DNA of 64,000 nucleotides, taken from assembly GCF_963676685.1 (NCBI RefSeq), contig NC_092353.1, forward strand, positions 27,590,001-27,654,000, read 5' to 3'. The notes under the pieces are model-generated. The model did no database searches, was not told the origin of the DNA, and saw nothing but the letters and a program-made list of their open reading frames with translations. Both the position numbers and the translations under genes were made by a program. The stretch's first letter is position 1. Each line of letters opens with the position of its first letter. Origin of the DNA: Mytilus edulis (taxonomy: Eukaryota). Shown one piece after another: positions 40,150-51,601 of this stretch.

Positions 40150-43100
40150 ATAATAGTTATCAAAGGTACCAGGATTATAATTTAGTACGCCAGACGCGCG
40201 TTTCGTCTACATAAGACTCATCAGTGACGCTCAAATCAAAATATTTATAAAGCCAAACAAGTAAAAAATTGAAGAGCATTGAGGATCCAAAATTCCGAAA
40301 AGTTGTGCCAAATACGGCTAAGGTAATCTATGCCTGGGATAAGAAAATCCTTAGTTTTTCGAAAAATATAAAGTTTTGTAAACAGGAAATTTATAAAAAT
40401 GACTACATTATTGATATTCATGTCAACACCGAAGTGTTGACTACTGGGCTGGTGATACCCTCGGGGACGAAACGTCCACCAGCAGTGGCATCGACCCAGT
40501 GGTGTAAATAGTTATCAAAGGTACCAGGATTATAATTTAGTACGCCAGACGCGCGTTTCGTCTACATAAGACTCATCAGTGACGCTCAAATCAAAATATT
40601 TATAAAGCCAAACAAGTAAAAAATTGAAGAGCATTGAGGATCCAAAATTCCGAAAAGTTGTGCCAAATACGGCTAAGGTAATCTATGCCTGGGATAAGAA
40701 AATCCTTAGTTTTTCGAAAAATATAAAGTTTTGTAAACAGGAAATTTATAAAAATGACTACATTATTGATATTCATGTCAACACCGAAGTGTTGACTACT
40801 GGGCTGGTGATACCCTCGGGGACGAAACGTCCACCAGCAGTGGCATCGACCCAGTGGTGTAAATAGTTATCAAAGGTACCAGGATTATAATTTAGTACGC
40901 CAGACGCGCGTTTCGTCTACATAAGACTCATCAGTGACGCTCAAATCAAAATATTTATAAAGCCAAACAAGTAAAAAATTGAAGAGCATTGAGGATCCAA
41001 AATTCCGAAAAGTTGTGCCAAATACGGCTAAGGTAATCTATGCCTGGGATAAGAAAATCCTTAGTTTTTCGAAAAATATAAAGTTTTGTAAACAGGAAAT
41101 TTATAAAAATGACTACATTATTGATATTCATGTCAACACCGAAGTGTTGACTACTGGGCTGGTGATACCCTCGGGGACGAAACGTCCACCAGCAGTGGCA
41201 TCGACCCAGTGGTGTAAATAGTTATCAAAGGTACCAGGATTATAATTTAGTACGCCAGACGCGCGTTTCGTCTACATAAGACTCATCAGTGACGCTCAAA
41301 TCAAAATATTTATAAAGCCAAACAAGTAAAAAATTGAAGAGCATTGAGGATCCAAAATTCCGAAAAGTTGTGCCAAATACGGCTAAGGTAATCTATGCCT
41401 GGGATAAGAAAATCCTTAGTTTTTCGAAAAATATAAAGTTTTGTAAACAGGAAATTTATAAAAATGACTACATTATTGATATTCATGTCAACACCGAAGT
41501 GTTGACTACTGGGCTGGTGATACCCTCGGGGACGAAACGTCCACCAGCAGTGGCATCGACCCAGTGGTGTAAATAGTTATCAAAGGTACCAGGATTATAA
41601 TTTAGTACGCCAGACGCGCGTTTCGTCTACATAAGACTCATCAGTGACGCTCAAATCAAAATATTTATAAAGCCAAACAAGTAAAAAATTGAAGAGCATT
41701 GAGGATCCAAAATTCCGAAAAGTTGTGCCAAATACGGCTAAGGTAATCTATGCCTGGGATAAGAAAATCCTTAGTTTTTCGAAAAATATAAAGTTTTGTA
41801 AACAGGAAATTTATAAAAATGACTACATTATTGATATTCATGTCAACACCGAAGTGTTGACTACTGGGCTGGTGATACCCTCGGGGACGAAACGTCCACC
41901 AGCAGTGGCATCGACCCAGTGGTGTAAATAGTTATCAAAGGTACCAGGATTATAATTTAGTACGCCAGACGCGCGTTTCGTCTACATAAGACTCATCAGT
42001 GACGCTCAAATCAAAATATTTATAAAGCCAAACAAGTAAAAAATTGAAGAGCATTGAGGATCCAAAATTCCGAAAAGTTGTGCCAAATACGGCTAAGGTA
42101 ATCTATGCCTGGGATAAGAAAATCCTTAGTTTTTCGAAAAATATAAAGTTTTGTAAACAGGAAATTTATAAAAATGACTACATTATTGATATTCATGTCA
42201 ACACCGAAGTGTTGACTACTGGGCTGGTGATACCCTCGGGGACGAAACGTCCACCAGCAGTGGCATCGACCCAGTGGTGTAAATAGTTATCAAAGGTACC
42301 AGGATTATAATTTAGTACGCCAGACGCGCGTTTCGTCTACATAAGACTCATCAGTGACGCTCAAATCAAAATATTTATAAAGCCAAACAAGTAAAAAATT
42401 GAAGAGCATTGAGGATCCAAAATTCCGAAAAGTTGTGCCAAATACGGCTAAGGTAATCTATGCCTGGGATAAGAAAATCCTTAGTTTTTCGAAAAATATA
42501 AAGTTTTGTAAACAGGAAATTTATAAAAATGACTACATTATTGATATTCATGTCAACACCGAAGTGTTGACTACTGGGCTGGTGATACCCTCGGGGACGA
42601 AACGTCCACCAGCAGTGGCATCGACCCAGTGGTGTAAATAGTTATCAAAGGTACCAGGATTATAATTTAGTACGCCAGACGCGCGTTTCGTCTACATAAG
42701 ACTCATCAGTGACGCTCAAATCAAAATATTTATAAAGCCAAACAAGTAAAAAATTGAAGAGCATTGAGGATCCAAAATTCCGAAAAGTTGTGCCAAATAC
42801 GGCTAAGGTAATCTATGCCTGGGATAAGAAAATCCTTAGTTTTTCGAAAAATATAAAGTTTTGTAAACAGGAAATTTATAAAAATGACTACATTATTGAT
42901 ATTCATGTCAACACCGAAGTGTTGACTACTGGGCTGGTGATACCCTCGGGGACGAAACGTCCACCAGCAGTGGCATCGACCCAGTGGTGTAAATAGTTAT
43001 CAAAGGTACCAGGATTATAATTTAGTACGCCAGACGCGCGTTTCGTCTACATAAGACTCATCAGTGACGCTCAAATCAAAATATTTATAAAGCCAAACAA

Positions 43101-44130
43101 GTAAAAAATTGAAGAGCATTGAGGATCCAAAATTCCGAAAAGTTGTGCCAAATACGGCTAAGGTAATCTATGCCTGGGATAAGAAAATCCTTAGTTTTTC
43201 GAAAAATATAAAGTTTTGTAAACAGGAAATTTATAAAAATGACTACATTATTGATATTCATGTCAACACCGAAGTGTTGACTACTGGGCTGGTGATACCC
43301 TCGGGGACGAAACGTCCACCAGCAGTGGCATCGACCCAGTGGTGTAAATAGTTATCAAAGGTACCAGGATTATAATTTAGTACGCCAGACGCGCGTTTCG
43401 TCTACATAAGACTCATCAGTGACGCTCAAATCAAAATATTTATAAAGCCAAACAAGTAAAAAATTGAAGAGCATTGAGGATCCAAAATTCCGAAAAGTTG
43501 TGCCAAATACGGCTAAGGTAATCTATGCCTGGGATAAGAAAATCCTTAGTTTTTCGAAAAATATAAAGTTTTGTAAACAGGAAATTTATAAAAATGACTA
43601 CATTATTGATATTCATGTCAACACCGAAGTGTTGACTACTGGGCTGGTGATACCCTCGGGGACGAAACGTCCACCAGCAGTGGCATCGACCCAGTGGTGT
43701 AAATAGTTATCAAAGGTACCAGGATTATAATTTAGTACGCCAGACGCGCGTTTCGTCTACATAAGACTCATCAGTGACGCTCAAATCAAAATATTTATAA
43801 AGCCAAACAAGTAAAAAATTGAAGAGCATTGAGGATCCAAAATTCCGAAAAGTTGTGCCAAATACGGCTAAGGTAATCTATGCCTGGGATAAGAAAATCC
43901 TTAGTTTTTCGAAAAATATAAAGTTTTGTAAACAGGAAATTTATAAAAATGACTACATTATTGATATTCATGTCAACACCGAAGTGTTGACTACTGGGCT
44001 GGTGATACCCTCGGGGACGAAACGTCCACCAGCAGTGGCATCGACCCAGTGGTGTAAATAGTTATCAAAGGTACCAGGATTATAATTTAGTACGCCAGAC
44101 GCGCGTTTCGTCTACATAAGACTCATCAGT
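40150..44130 (-). repeat. Tandem array of ~11.2 apparently identical 355-bp units (non-LTR retrozyme, family 1)
   Basis: Exact 355-bp period (identical ORF calls at 40269, 40624 ... 43819). One type I hammerhead per unit on the minus strand. Confidence 0.96.
40187..40230 (-). ncRNA. Type I hammerhead ribozyme (repeats every 355 bp: 11 complete, a 12th truncated at 44130)
   Basis: Minus strand GCGUCA-CUGAUGA-GUCU(UAUGU)AGAC-GAAA-CGCGCG-UC/UGGCGU: intact core, stem I GCGUCA:UGGCGU, 4-bp stem II, palindromic stem III ACGCGCGU. Predicted GUC cleavage between 40193 and 40192. Confidence 0.92.
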
Positions 44131-44250
44131 AAATAAACTCATCATGGATACCAGAACTAAAATTTTACACTTACGCCAAACGCGCGTTTCGTCTACAAAA
44201 GACTCATAAGTGACGCTCGAATCAAAAAATGTTTAAAAGGCCAAATAAAA
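44131..44250 (-). mobile_element. Retrozyme family 2 fragment with a mutated hammerhead, abutting the array
   Basis: Minus strand gcgtca-CTTATGA-gtcttttgtagac-GAAA-cgcgcg-TT-tggcgt. Flanks match 9170-9293. Confidence 0.8.
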
Positions 44251-46822
44251 TTATACATTTTGTTAATTTTTTCTCGTCCACCTGTATGTTCTTCACTCTT
44301 TTATTCTATTTAAATCCCCATTTGAAAGCGATTGACAGATTTAGTGAGCGTAAAAGCAATATTATCGATAACCGATGACAAACAAGTCGAGGAAAATATT
44401 ATACAATTACTGGGCGGCCTCAGTGAATATCATTTTTTCAAAAGTCAATGAAACCCCATATTTACCGAAACAAAAGACAGTAATTGTTTTATTCCATATT
44501 CCGAGAAAAGAAAAGAAAATGTATTTAATGACAAATATATACCAAAACCAATTTTACATGAAACATTTTACCATAATGTTGCATGTAAAAGCGTGTGACG
44601 TTTAGAGCGGTGAATAACACTTTCTCAGGTGAATATGATTTTTTATTCAAAATCCAATTAATATAGAGAAAACTACTGAAATAATACCAATATGGAATAA
44701 TCAATATTATTACCAACAAATGTATTGCGGTGGTCCACCAGTGGCAGTAATAATATAGAAACAGTTAAAAATGCACTTTAAATATCGGGGCTTTTAAATA
44801 AAGCAAATTATTTAAGAGCGATTACTACAAAGAGCTAATTACTACCTTGACTTAAGTGATTTTCAGATTAAAAGTTATTTCATGTTTATAATTTTTTTTA
44901 TTACCAAACATGCCAAATGTACCATTTTCTTTCTACAGTACTTGCAACCGTAGGCGTAACTGTTTTAGCGATCAGTCAGCGGTCATCGATCAGTAACCGA
45001 TCAGTCAAGCTCACATCAAATCACGTCAGCAATCCTTCAGACTTATAGTAAAAGTAATTGACTGATCGGACTGATCGGACGGATAGTACCGATTGACCTT
45101 GCTGACGGATTGAACTTTAAAATGTCACATGATAAACTAATACAAATTACGGAATTTTAGTTTCGTTTGATTTAATTAAAATGGCGACCCGTGAAATTCG
45201 AACGTTCAAGTACAACTGATACATTTTTTTTATTAATAATTTATCAAAGTTTTATGAATTGAAATGAAAAGAAATGTAAAAAAGATAAAACCTAAATAAA
45301 GATATCATCTTTAAAGAATGGTCTTTTTCGTTTTTATTTAGGTTATATATTTACAAACCCGGCGAGTTCTTAAACGGTATCTATATCTTGATTTTGATTT
45401 TATTATTTTCCAAAAAAAATCGTGAAAACAAAATGAAAGGATAAGTTATTGAAAATTTTAGTCTATATTTAAAATTTTTGTATCCTCATCAACATAAAAT
45501 TCTTTAAAAATACTTATCACAATCACGGACTTTCTATATTCCTGTCACAATCGCTTCGATTTAAGATAACAAATTACAAACACAAATTCTGTTTTTTTTA
45601 ACAAAAATATGAATAATTTTTAAATAATGCGAACACAATTTAAGTATGATTTTTCTGACATTCTTTTAATTCTATGAAAAAAACCTATTCTTAACTGTTA
45701 AAAGTACAAAAATTCAATGGCGGTCAATAATAGTCAGTAAATTGAAGAAATATTTGCATTTTAGGTAACGCGTACGAAAATTTAGTATCTTTTTCCTTAA
45801 AGTAAGCATATTTTATGAAAAACAGCCAATCCTGATGTACATCAAGTACTGAAATCATATGGCGGTTATTGATTTGTATCAAAATAAAGCAATAACTGCA
45901 TTCTTATACCACAAAAATAAAACTTTAAGTATTTTAATTCTCATTATATCTCAATTCTAATTAGAAGACTTGTCTCAAGATGGTTAAAATAACTGATTTT
46001 AAATAAAATACTATCATGTTTGTAAAAAGAAGAATGATTTTGGTTATTTTAAACAATGCGAATAAAATTTTAGTATGATTTCTCTGACATTCTTTTAATT
46101 TTATAAAAAAAACACCTATTCTAAACTATAAAAAGAACACAAAACAAATGGTGGTGAATAATTTCCATTTAAATGAAGAAATGATTGCATTCTGGTTCAA
46201 CAAGATCAAAAGTAAACACATACTTATCCTTCAAATATTCACATTTTATACAAAATTAGTCATAAAAAAAAGCATTTATAACAACTGATTGCAATTGTAG
46301 TTACAATATTTTCCAATATGAGAAGAAATATTTGAAATTTAGGCAACGCGTACAAAAATTTAGTATCTTTTTCCTTAAAGTAAACATATTTTATGAGAAA
46401 CAACCAATTCTGATGAACAAAAGTACTAAAATCACATGGTGGTTAATAATTTGTATCAAAATAAAACAAGAACTGCATTCTTATTGAATAATATTCCACA
46501 AAAATAAAAGTTTAAGTATTTCAATTCTTGTTATATATCTCAATTCTAATTAAAAAAACTTGTGTTGAGATGTTGAAATTAACTGATTTTGAAATAAAAT
46601 AGTATAATTTTAATAAAATCAAGAATAGTTTTTGTAATTTTAAATAATGCGAACAAAATTTTAGTATAATTGTTTTGACATTCTTTTAACTCAATGAAAA
46701 AAAACCTATTTCTAAACTGTTTAAAGTAAAAAATTTCAATGGCGGTCAATAATATTCAGTAAATTGAAGAAATATTTGCATTTTAGGCAACGCGTACAAA
46801 AACATAGTATCTTTTTCCTTAA

Positions 46823-47030
46823 GGAGGTAGACCTAGGTTAAGGGAAATAACTCTTAAAATCATCAGTACGTTTATGTCAACCATTTTTTAAGAATATATT
46901 CTAAGCTTCTAGGTTACATAGATTATTTTCAATCTGTTTCAGGTAAATGCTTAAAATACATGGATGAACTTTACTTTACAAACGCTTAACTGATTTAAAG
47001 AGTTATCTCCCTGAACCAAGGTCTACCCCC
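46823..47030. mobile_element. 208-bp MITE with TTAA TSD (Kolobok-like, GG termini)
   Basis: TTAA|GGAGGTAGACCTAGGTTAAGGGAAATAACTCTT ... AAGAGTTATCTCCCTGAACCAAGGTCTACCCCC|TTAA. The empty site is visible in sister units (e.g. 45791-45810). Confidence 0.88.
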
Positions 47031-47514
47031 TTAAAGTAAGCATATTTTATGAAGAACAGCCAATCCTGATGTACATAAAATACTGAAATCATATGGCGGT
47101 TATTTCAATTTGTATCAAAATAAATTAAAGCAATAACTGCATTCTTATACATTTGGACCACAAAAATAAAACTTTAAGTATTTTAATTCACATTATATCT
47201 CAATTCTAATTAGAAGACTTGTCTCAAGATGGTAAAAATAACTGATTTCAAATAAAATACTATTATTTTTGATAAAAAGAAGACGAATTTTGGTTATTTA
47301 AAACAATGCAAATAAAATTTTAGTATGATTTCTCTGACAGTCTTTTAATTTTATAAAAAAAACACCTATTCTAAACTATATAAAGAACAAAAATGACATG
47401 GTGGTCAATAATTTCCATTCAAATGAAGTAATGATTGCATTCTGGTTCAACAAGATCAAAAGTAAACACATACTTATCCTTCAAATATTCACATTTTATA
47501 CAAAATTAGTCATA

Positions 47515-48164
47515 AACAAGAATGGGTCCAAAGTACACGGATGCCCCACTCGCACTATCCTTTACCATGTTCCATGGACCGTGAAATTGGGTAATAATCT
47601 AATTTGGCATTAAAATTAGAAAGATTATACTATAGGGAACATATGTACTTAGTTTCAAGTTGATTGGACTTCAATTTTATCAAAAACGACCTTGACCAAA
47701 AACTTTAACCTGAAACTCCCACTTTCATTTTCTATGTTTAGTGGACCGTGAAATTGGGGTCAAAAGTCTAATTTGGCTTTAAAATTAGAAAGATCATATC
47801 ATAAGCAACAAGTTTACTACGTTTCAAGTTGATTGGACTTCAGCTTCATCAAAAACTACCTTGACCAAAAACTTTAACCTGAAACTCCCACTTTCATTTT
47901 CTTTGTTCAGTGGACCGTGAAATTGGGGTCAAAAGTCTAATTTGGCTTTAAAATTCAAAAAAAGATCATATCATAAGCAACAAGTGTACTAAGTTTCAAG
48001 TTGATTGGACTTCAGCTTCATCGAAAACTACCTTGACCAAACACTTTAACCTGAACGGACGGACGAACGGACAGACGAACGAAGCCACAGACGAACGGAC
48101 GGACGAACGGAGCCACAGACCAGAAAACATAATGCCCCTCTACTATCGTAGGTGGGGCATAAAA
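47515..48164. mobile_element. Helentron-associated non-autonomous element (HINE/pearl-like)
   Basis: Starts with AACAAG, then ~3 internal ~160-bp tandem repeats, a (GGAC/GAAC)n microsatellite and a terminal hairpin atgcccc..ggggcat. Inserted in an A-run (empty site 46261-46275). Confidence 0.82.
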
Positions 48165-48520
48165 AGCATATATAACAACTAATTGCAATTGAAGTTACAA
48201 TATTTTCCAACATGAGAAGAAATATTTGAATTTTAGGCAATGCGTACGAAAATTAGCATCTTTTTCTTTAAAGTAAACATATTTTATGAGAAACAACCAA
48301 TTCTGATGAACATTAAGTACTGAAATCTTATTGTGGTTAATAATTTGAATCAAAACAAAGCAAGAACTGCATTATAATTCCACAAAAATTAAAGTTTAAG
48401 TATTTTAATTCTTGTTATATCTCAATTCTAATTAAAAAACTTGTGTTGAGATGTTGAAAATAACTGATTTCAAATAAAATAGTATAATTTTAATAAAATC
48501 AAGAATAGTTTTGGTAATTT

Positions 48521-48555
48521 CAAGGATTTGTATAGTCTTACTATACAAATCCTTG
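48521..48555. mobile_element. 35-bp palindromic micro-element with 7-bp TSD GTAATTT
   Basis: gtaattt|CAAGGATTTGTATAGTcttACTATACAAATCCTTG|gtaattt. Empty site at ~46631-46645. Confidence 0.88.
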
Positions 48556-49288
48556 GTAATTTTAAATAATGCGAACAAAATTTCAGTGTGATTTTTTCTG
48601 AAATTCTTTTTATTCTATAAAAAAAAACTATTCTCAACTATTAAAAGAACAAAAATCCAATGGCGGTTAATTATATTCAGTAAAATGAAGAAATATTTGA
48701 ATTTTAGGCAACGCGTACGAAAATTTAGTATCTTTTTCCTTAAAGTAAACATATTTTATGAGAAACAATCATTCCTGATGAACAAAAAGTACTGAAATCA
48801 TATGGCGGTCATTAATTTGTATACAAAAAGCAAGAACTGCATTCTTATTCCACAAAAATAAAAGTTTAAGTATTTTAATTCTCATTATATCTTAATTCTA
48901 TTTATGAGAAACAATCAATCCTGATGAACAAAACGTACTGAAATCATATGGCGGTTAATAAGTTGTATAAAAAAAGCAAGAACTGCATTCTTATTCCACA
49001 AAAATAAAAGTTTAAGTATTTTAATTCTCATTATATCTTAATTCTAATTAGAAGACTTGTCTCAAGATGGTAAAAATAAAAATAGTTTCATTTTTAATGA
49101 AATCAAGAATTGTTTTCAAATTGGTAATTTTAAACAATGCAGACATAATTTTGGTATGATTTTCTGACATTCTTTTATTTCTATGAAAAAACCTATTCTG
49201 AGCTATAAAAAGTTCAAAAATCCAATGGTGGTCAATAATTACCATTTTCGTAGGAAGCAGTTTATGTTAACAGAGCTATATAATACAA

Positions 49289-49327
49289 CAAGAATTTGTA
49301 TAGTAAGTCTTACTATACAAATCCTTG
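49289..49327. mobile_element. 39-bp palindromic micro-element with 7-bp TSD AATACAA
   Basis: aatacaa|CAAGAATTTGTATAGTAAGtCTTACTATACAAATCCTTG|aatacaa. Confidence 0.85.
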
Positions 49328-49492
49328 AATACAATTATGTAGTATATGTCTCTGATGTTAACAATATTTAATAAAACACTAATAATCAACACAAACAATT
49401 TGACGCTCTAAGCATCTTATACTGTTATACTATTTTCACTTTTTTATTGCAACTAATTTTATTACAAATTAACGTATACATTAAGGTGTCTT

Positions 49493-50537
49493 CAGGGGCG
49501 GATCCAAGATTTTAGATAAGGGGGGGGGGGGGGTGGCGAAAAGTGAAATTTTCGTCGAGCGGAGCGATGCGAAAAAAATTTTGAGGTATATTTTTCGAAA
49601 TTATTGAAATATTCTTCTATAGAGGGTGCAATGTAGACATCTTGACAAGCAAAACGTGGTGAGAAATATTTTGTAGTAAAATAAACGAGAAATTTAAGTT
49701 TTAAGCTAAAACTGCATAAATCCATCCCTGTCAATCTACAATCACCATAATTACTAGAAATCTGTGAGCTTCTATTCATTGACTCAGCAATACCTAACCT
49801 GAACAATATTAGATTTTGAAAACTAAAATTTCTATTTTAGCCAGCGATTTTTAATTGTCTTTTCATATATTTTTTTTAATTATTATCTTTTGTTAATTGT
49901 TTTTGAAGGTCGTGGCAAACTTTTTATGAACATTTTTTTACCGCCAACCACTAAAATCAGAATGAGATCCTTACGAAAATATGTTTATTTTCATGGTATC
50001 CTTTGTAAAACAAAAGTACAGGTTGGGGCCTTGACCGTTTATGCATGCTTCGGCAAACTTTACAGGTTGCAGGTGAGAAACATATATTGATACATAGATA
50101 TTAAATAATGATACAAATTAATAAACTAACCTTTGGCTTGAACCAGTATTTGTATTTGTATCTTTCATTAAGAAAGAATCTAACCTGGACTTGACCGTGC
50201 AATGACGAAATAGCCAACCCAACCGCGGGTAGGGCACTTTCATTTTTCAATTGTTTAACTACTAAAAGCTTATGATATTTGTCATCAAACACAGTATTGC
50301 GCAAGACACCTGACCAGGACATATATAATTTTTATAGAACTTAAATAAACCGTAGGTCAGTTAATTAGTAATCACGTTGATTCTGTTTTATATACTTCTT
50401 TGAACAAGTGCAGTGCGACGACATTAATTTTAGTCATCTGTTCAGATACTTTATAAAGCTGAGGACAACCCATGCTCTGCAAATTTTAGGGGGGGAGGGG
50501 CGCACGCCCGCCACGCCCCCGCCCAAATCCGCCCCTG
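49493..50537. mobile_element. Non-autonomous DNA transposon with CAGGGGCGGAT termini
   Basis: gtctt|CAGGGGCGGATCC ... AAATCCGCCCCTG|gtctt (5-bp flanking duplication), with G/C-rich subterminal tracts. Confidence 0.75.
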
Positions 50538-51054
50538 GTCTTCGTAGAGGTCCGCGTTCATCGAATTTAAACACTGTCGAGTTTAGTTTACATAAGAATT
50601 TTAAATATATACGTATCCGTCCGATCCGTGCATAAATTTAATTTACTGATCGATCGCTGACCGTTGTCACGGTAACTCTCACATAGGTTTATATTTGACT
50701 TATCTGACGGATCCTATGGATCACCGATCACCGATCACTCATCGATCAGGCAAACATCCGTCACCGATTATTCACCAATCAGTCAAGTTCACGTCAAACA
50801 GTAACGCCTAAGGTTGCAAGTACTGTATATCTCTACCAAAAGACAACAGTTATATCCTCTTTCTCTTTTGGATTTAAACAAATACATTCTTAATATATGT
50901 TATATATAATGTTTCTTTTTTCTGAAACAAACTTTAGAAACATTATATATAAATTTCATTAAATGGATTGTTTGGTCAATGTTAACCAATCAGCTATTTG
51001 CGACCTATGTTTACGTAGGGACTTTCTAAAGTCCCTGGTTTACGTTTACTGTAT

Positions 51055-51601
51055 TAGCTGTATTTTGGCAAAACTTTTAGGAATTTTGGTTCTCAATGCT
51101 CTTCAACTTCGTACTTTATTTGGCCTTTTTAACTCTTTTAGATTCGAGCGTCACTGATGAGTCTTTTGTAGACGATACGCGCGTCTGGCGTATATACTAA
51201 ATTTAGTCCTGGTTTCTATGATGAGTTTATTTACAACCACTGGGTCGATGCCACGGCTGGTGGATATTTATTTCCCCGAGGGTATCACAAGCCCAGTAGG
51301 CAGCACTTTTTGTGCTGACATAAATTGTCATTGATATGGTTATATTTAGAAATTTACTATTTACAATTTTTTAAATTTTTTGAAATACTAAGGCTGTTCT
51401 ACCGCAGGCATAGACTACTTTAGCTGTATTTAGGCAAAACTTTTAGGAATTTGGGTTCTCAATCCTCTTTAACTTCGTACTTTATTTGGCCTCTAACTTA
51501 TTTAGATTCGAGCGTCACTGATGAGTCTTTTGTAGACGAAACGCGCGTCTGGCGTATATACTAAATCCTGATAGTCCTGGTATCTATGATGAGTTTATTT
51601 A
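51055..51601 (+). mobile_element. Retrozyme family 2, 1.5 units (364-bp period) with two hammerheads
   Basis: Hammerhead motifs start at 51146 (GATA variant) and 51510 (canonical CTGATGA-gtcttttgtagac-GAAA-cgcgcg-TC-tggcgt). Confidence 0.88.
51512..51555 (+). ncRNA. Type I hammerhead ribozyme (intact core)
   Basis: GCGUCA-CUGAUGA-GUCU(UUUGU)AGAC-GAAA-CGCGCG-UC/UGGCGU. Confidence 0.88.

Larger units (their letters stand above)
45560..49250. repeat. Degenerate AT-rich satellite-like array with alternating unit variants
   Basis: Recurrent blocks ttttaggcaacgcgtac.aaaatttagtatctttttccttaaagtaa.catattttatga at ~45760, 46335, 46780, 48230 and 48700. Confidence 0.85.
44936..50825. mobile_element. 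5.9-kb non-autonomous Tc1/mariner-like element (TA TSD) carrying an internal satellite and nested elements
   Basis: TA|CAGTACTTGCAACCGTAGGCGTAACTGTTT ... AAACAGTAACGCCTAAGGTTGCAAGTACTG|TA, with subterminal gatcagt/gatcac motifs. Confidence 0.85.

Noticed and set aside
40269-44061. Eleven identical 80-aa ORFs (MKSIEDPKF...)
   Set aside because: They start at TTG, lie antisense to the ribozyme strand and have no recognisable domain. They are a by-product of the tandem repeat.
40150-44130. CRISPR array or rRNA/snRNA tandem cluster
   Set aside because: The units are identical with no unique spacers, there are no cas genes, there is no similarity to 5S or U snRNAs, and the context is eukaryotic.
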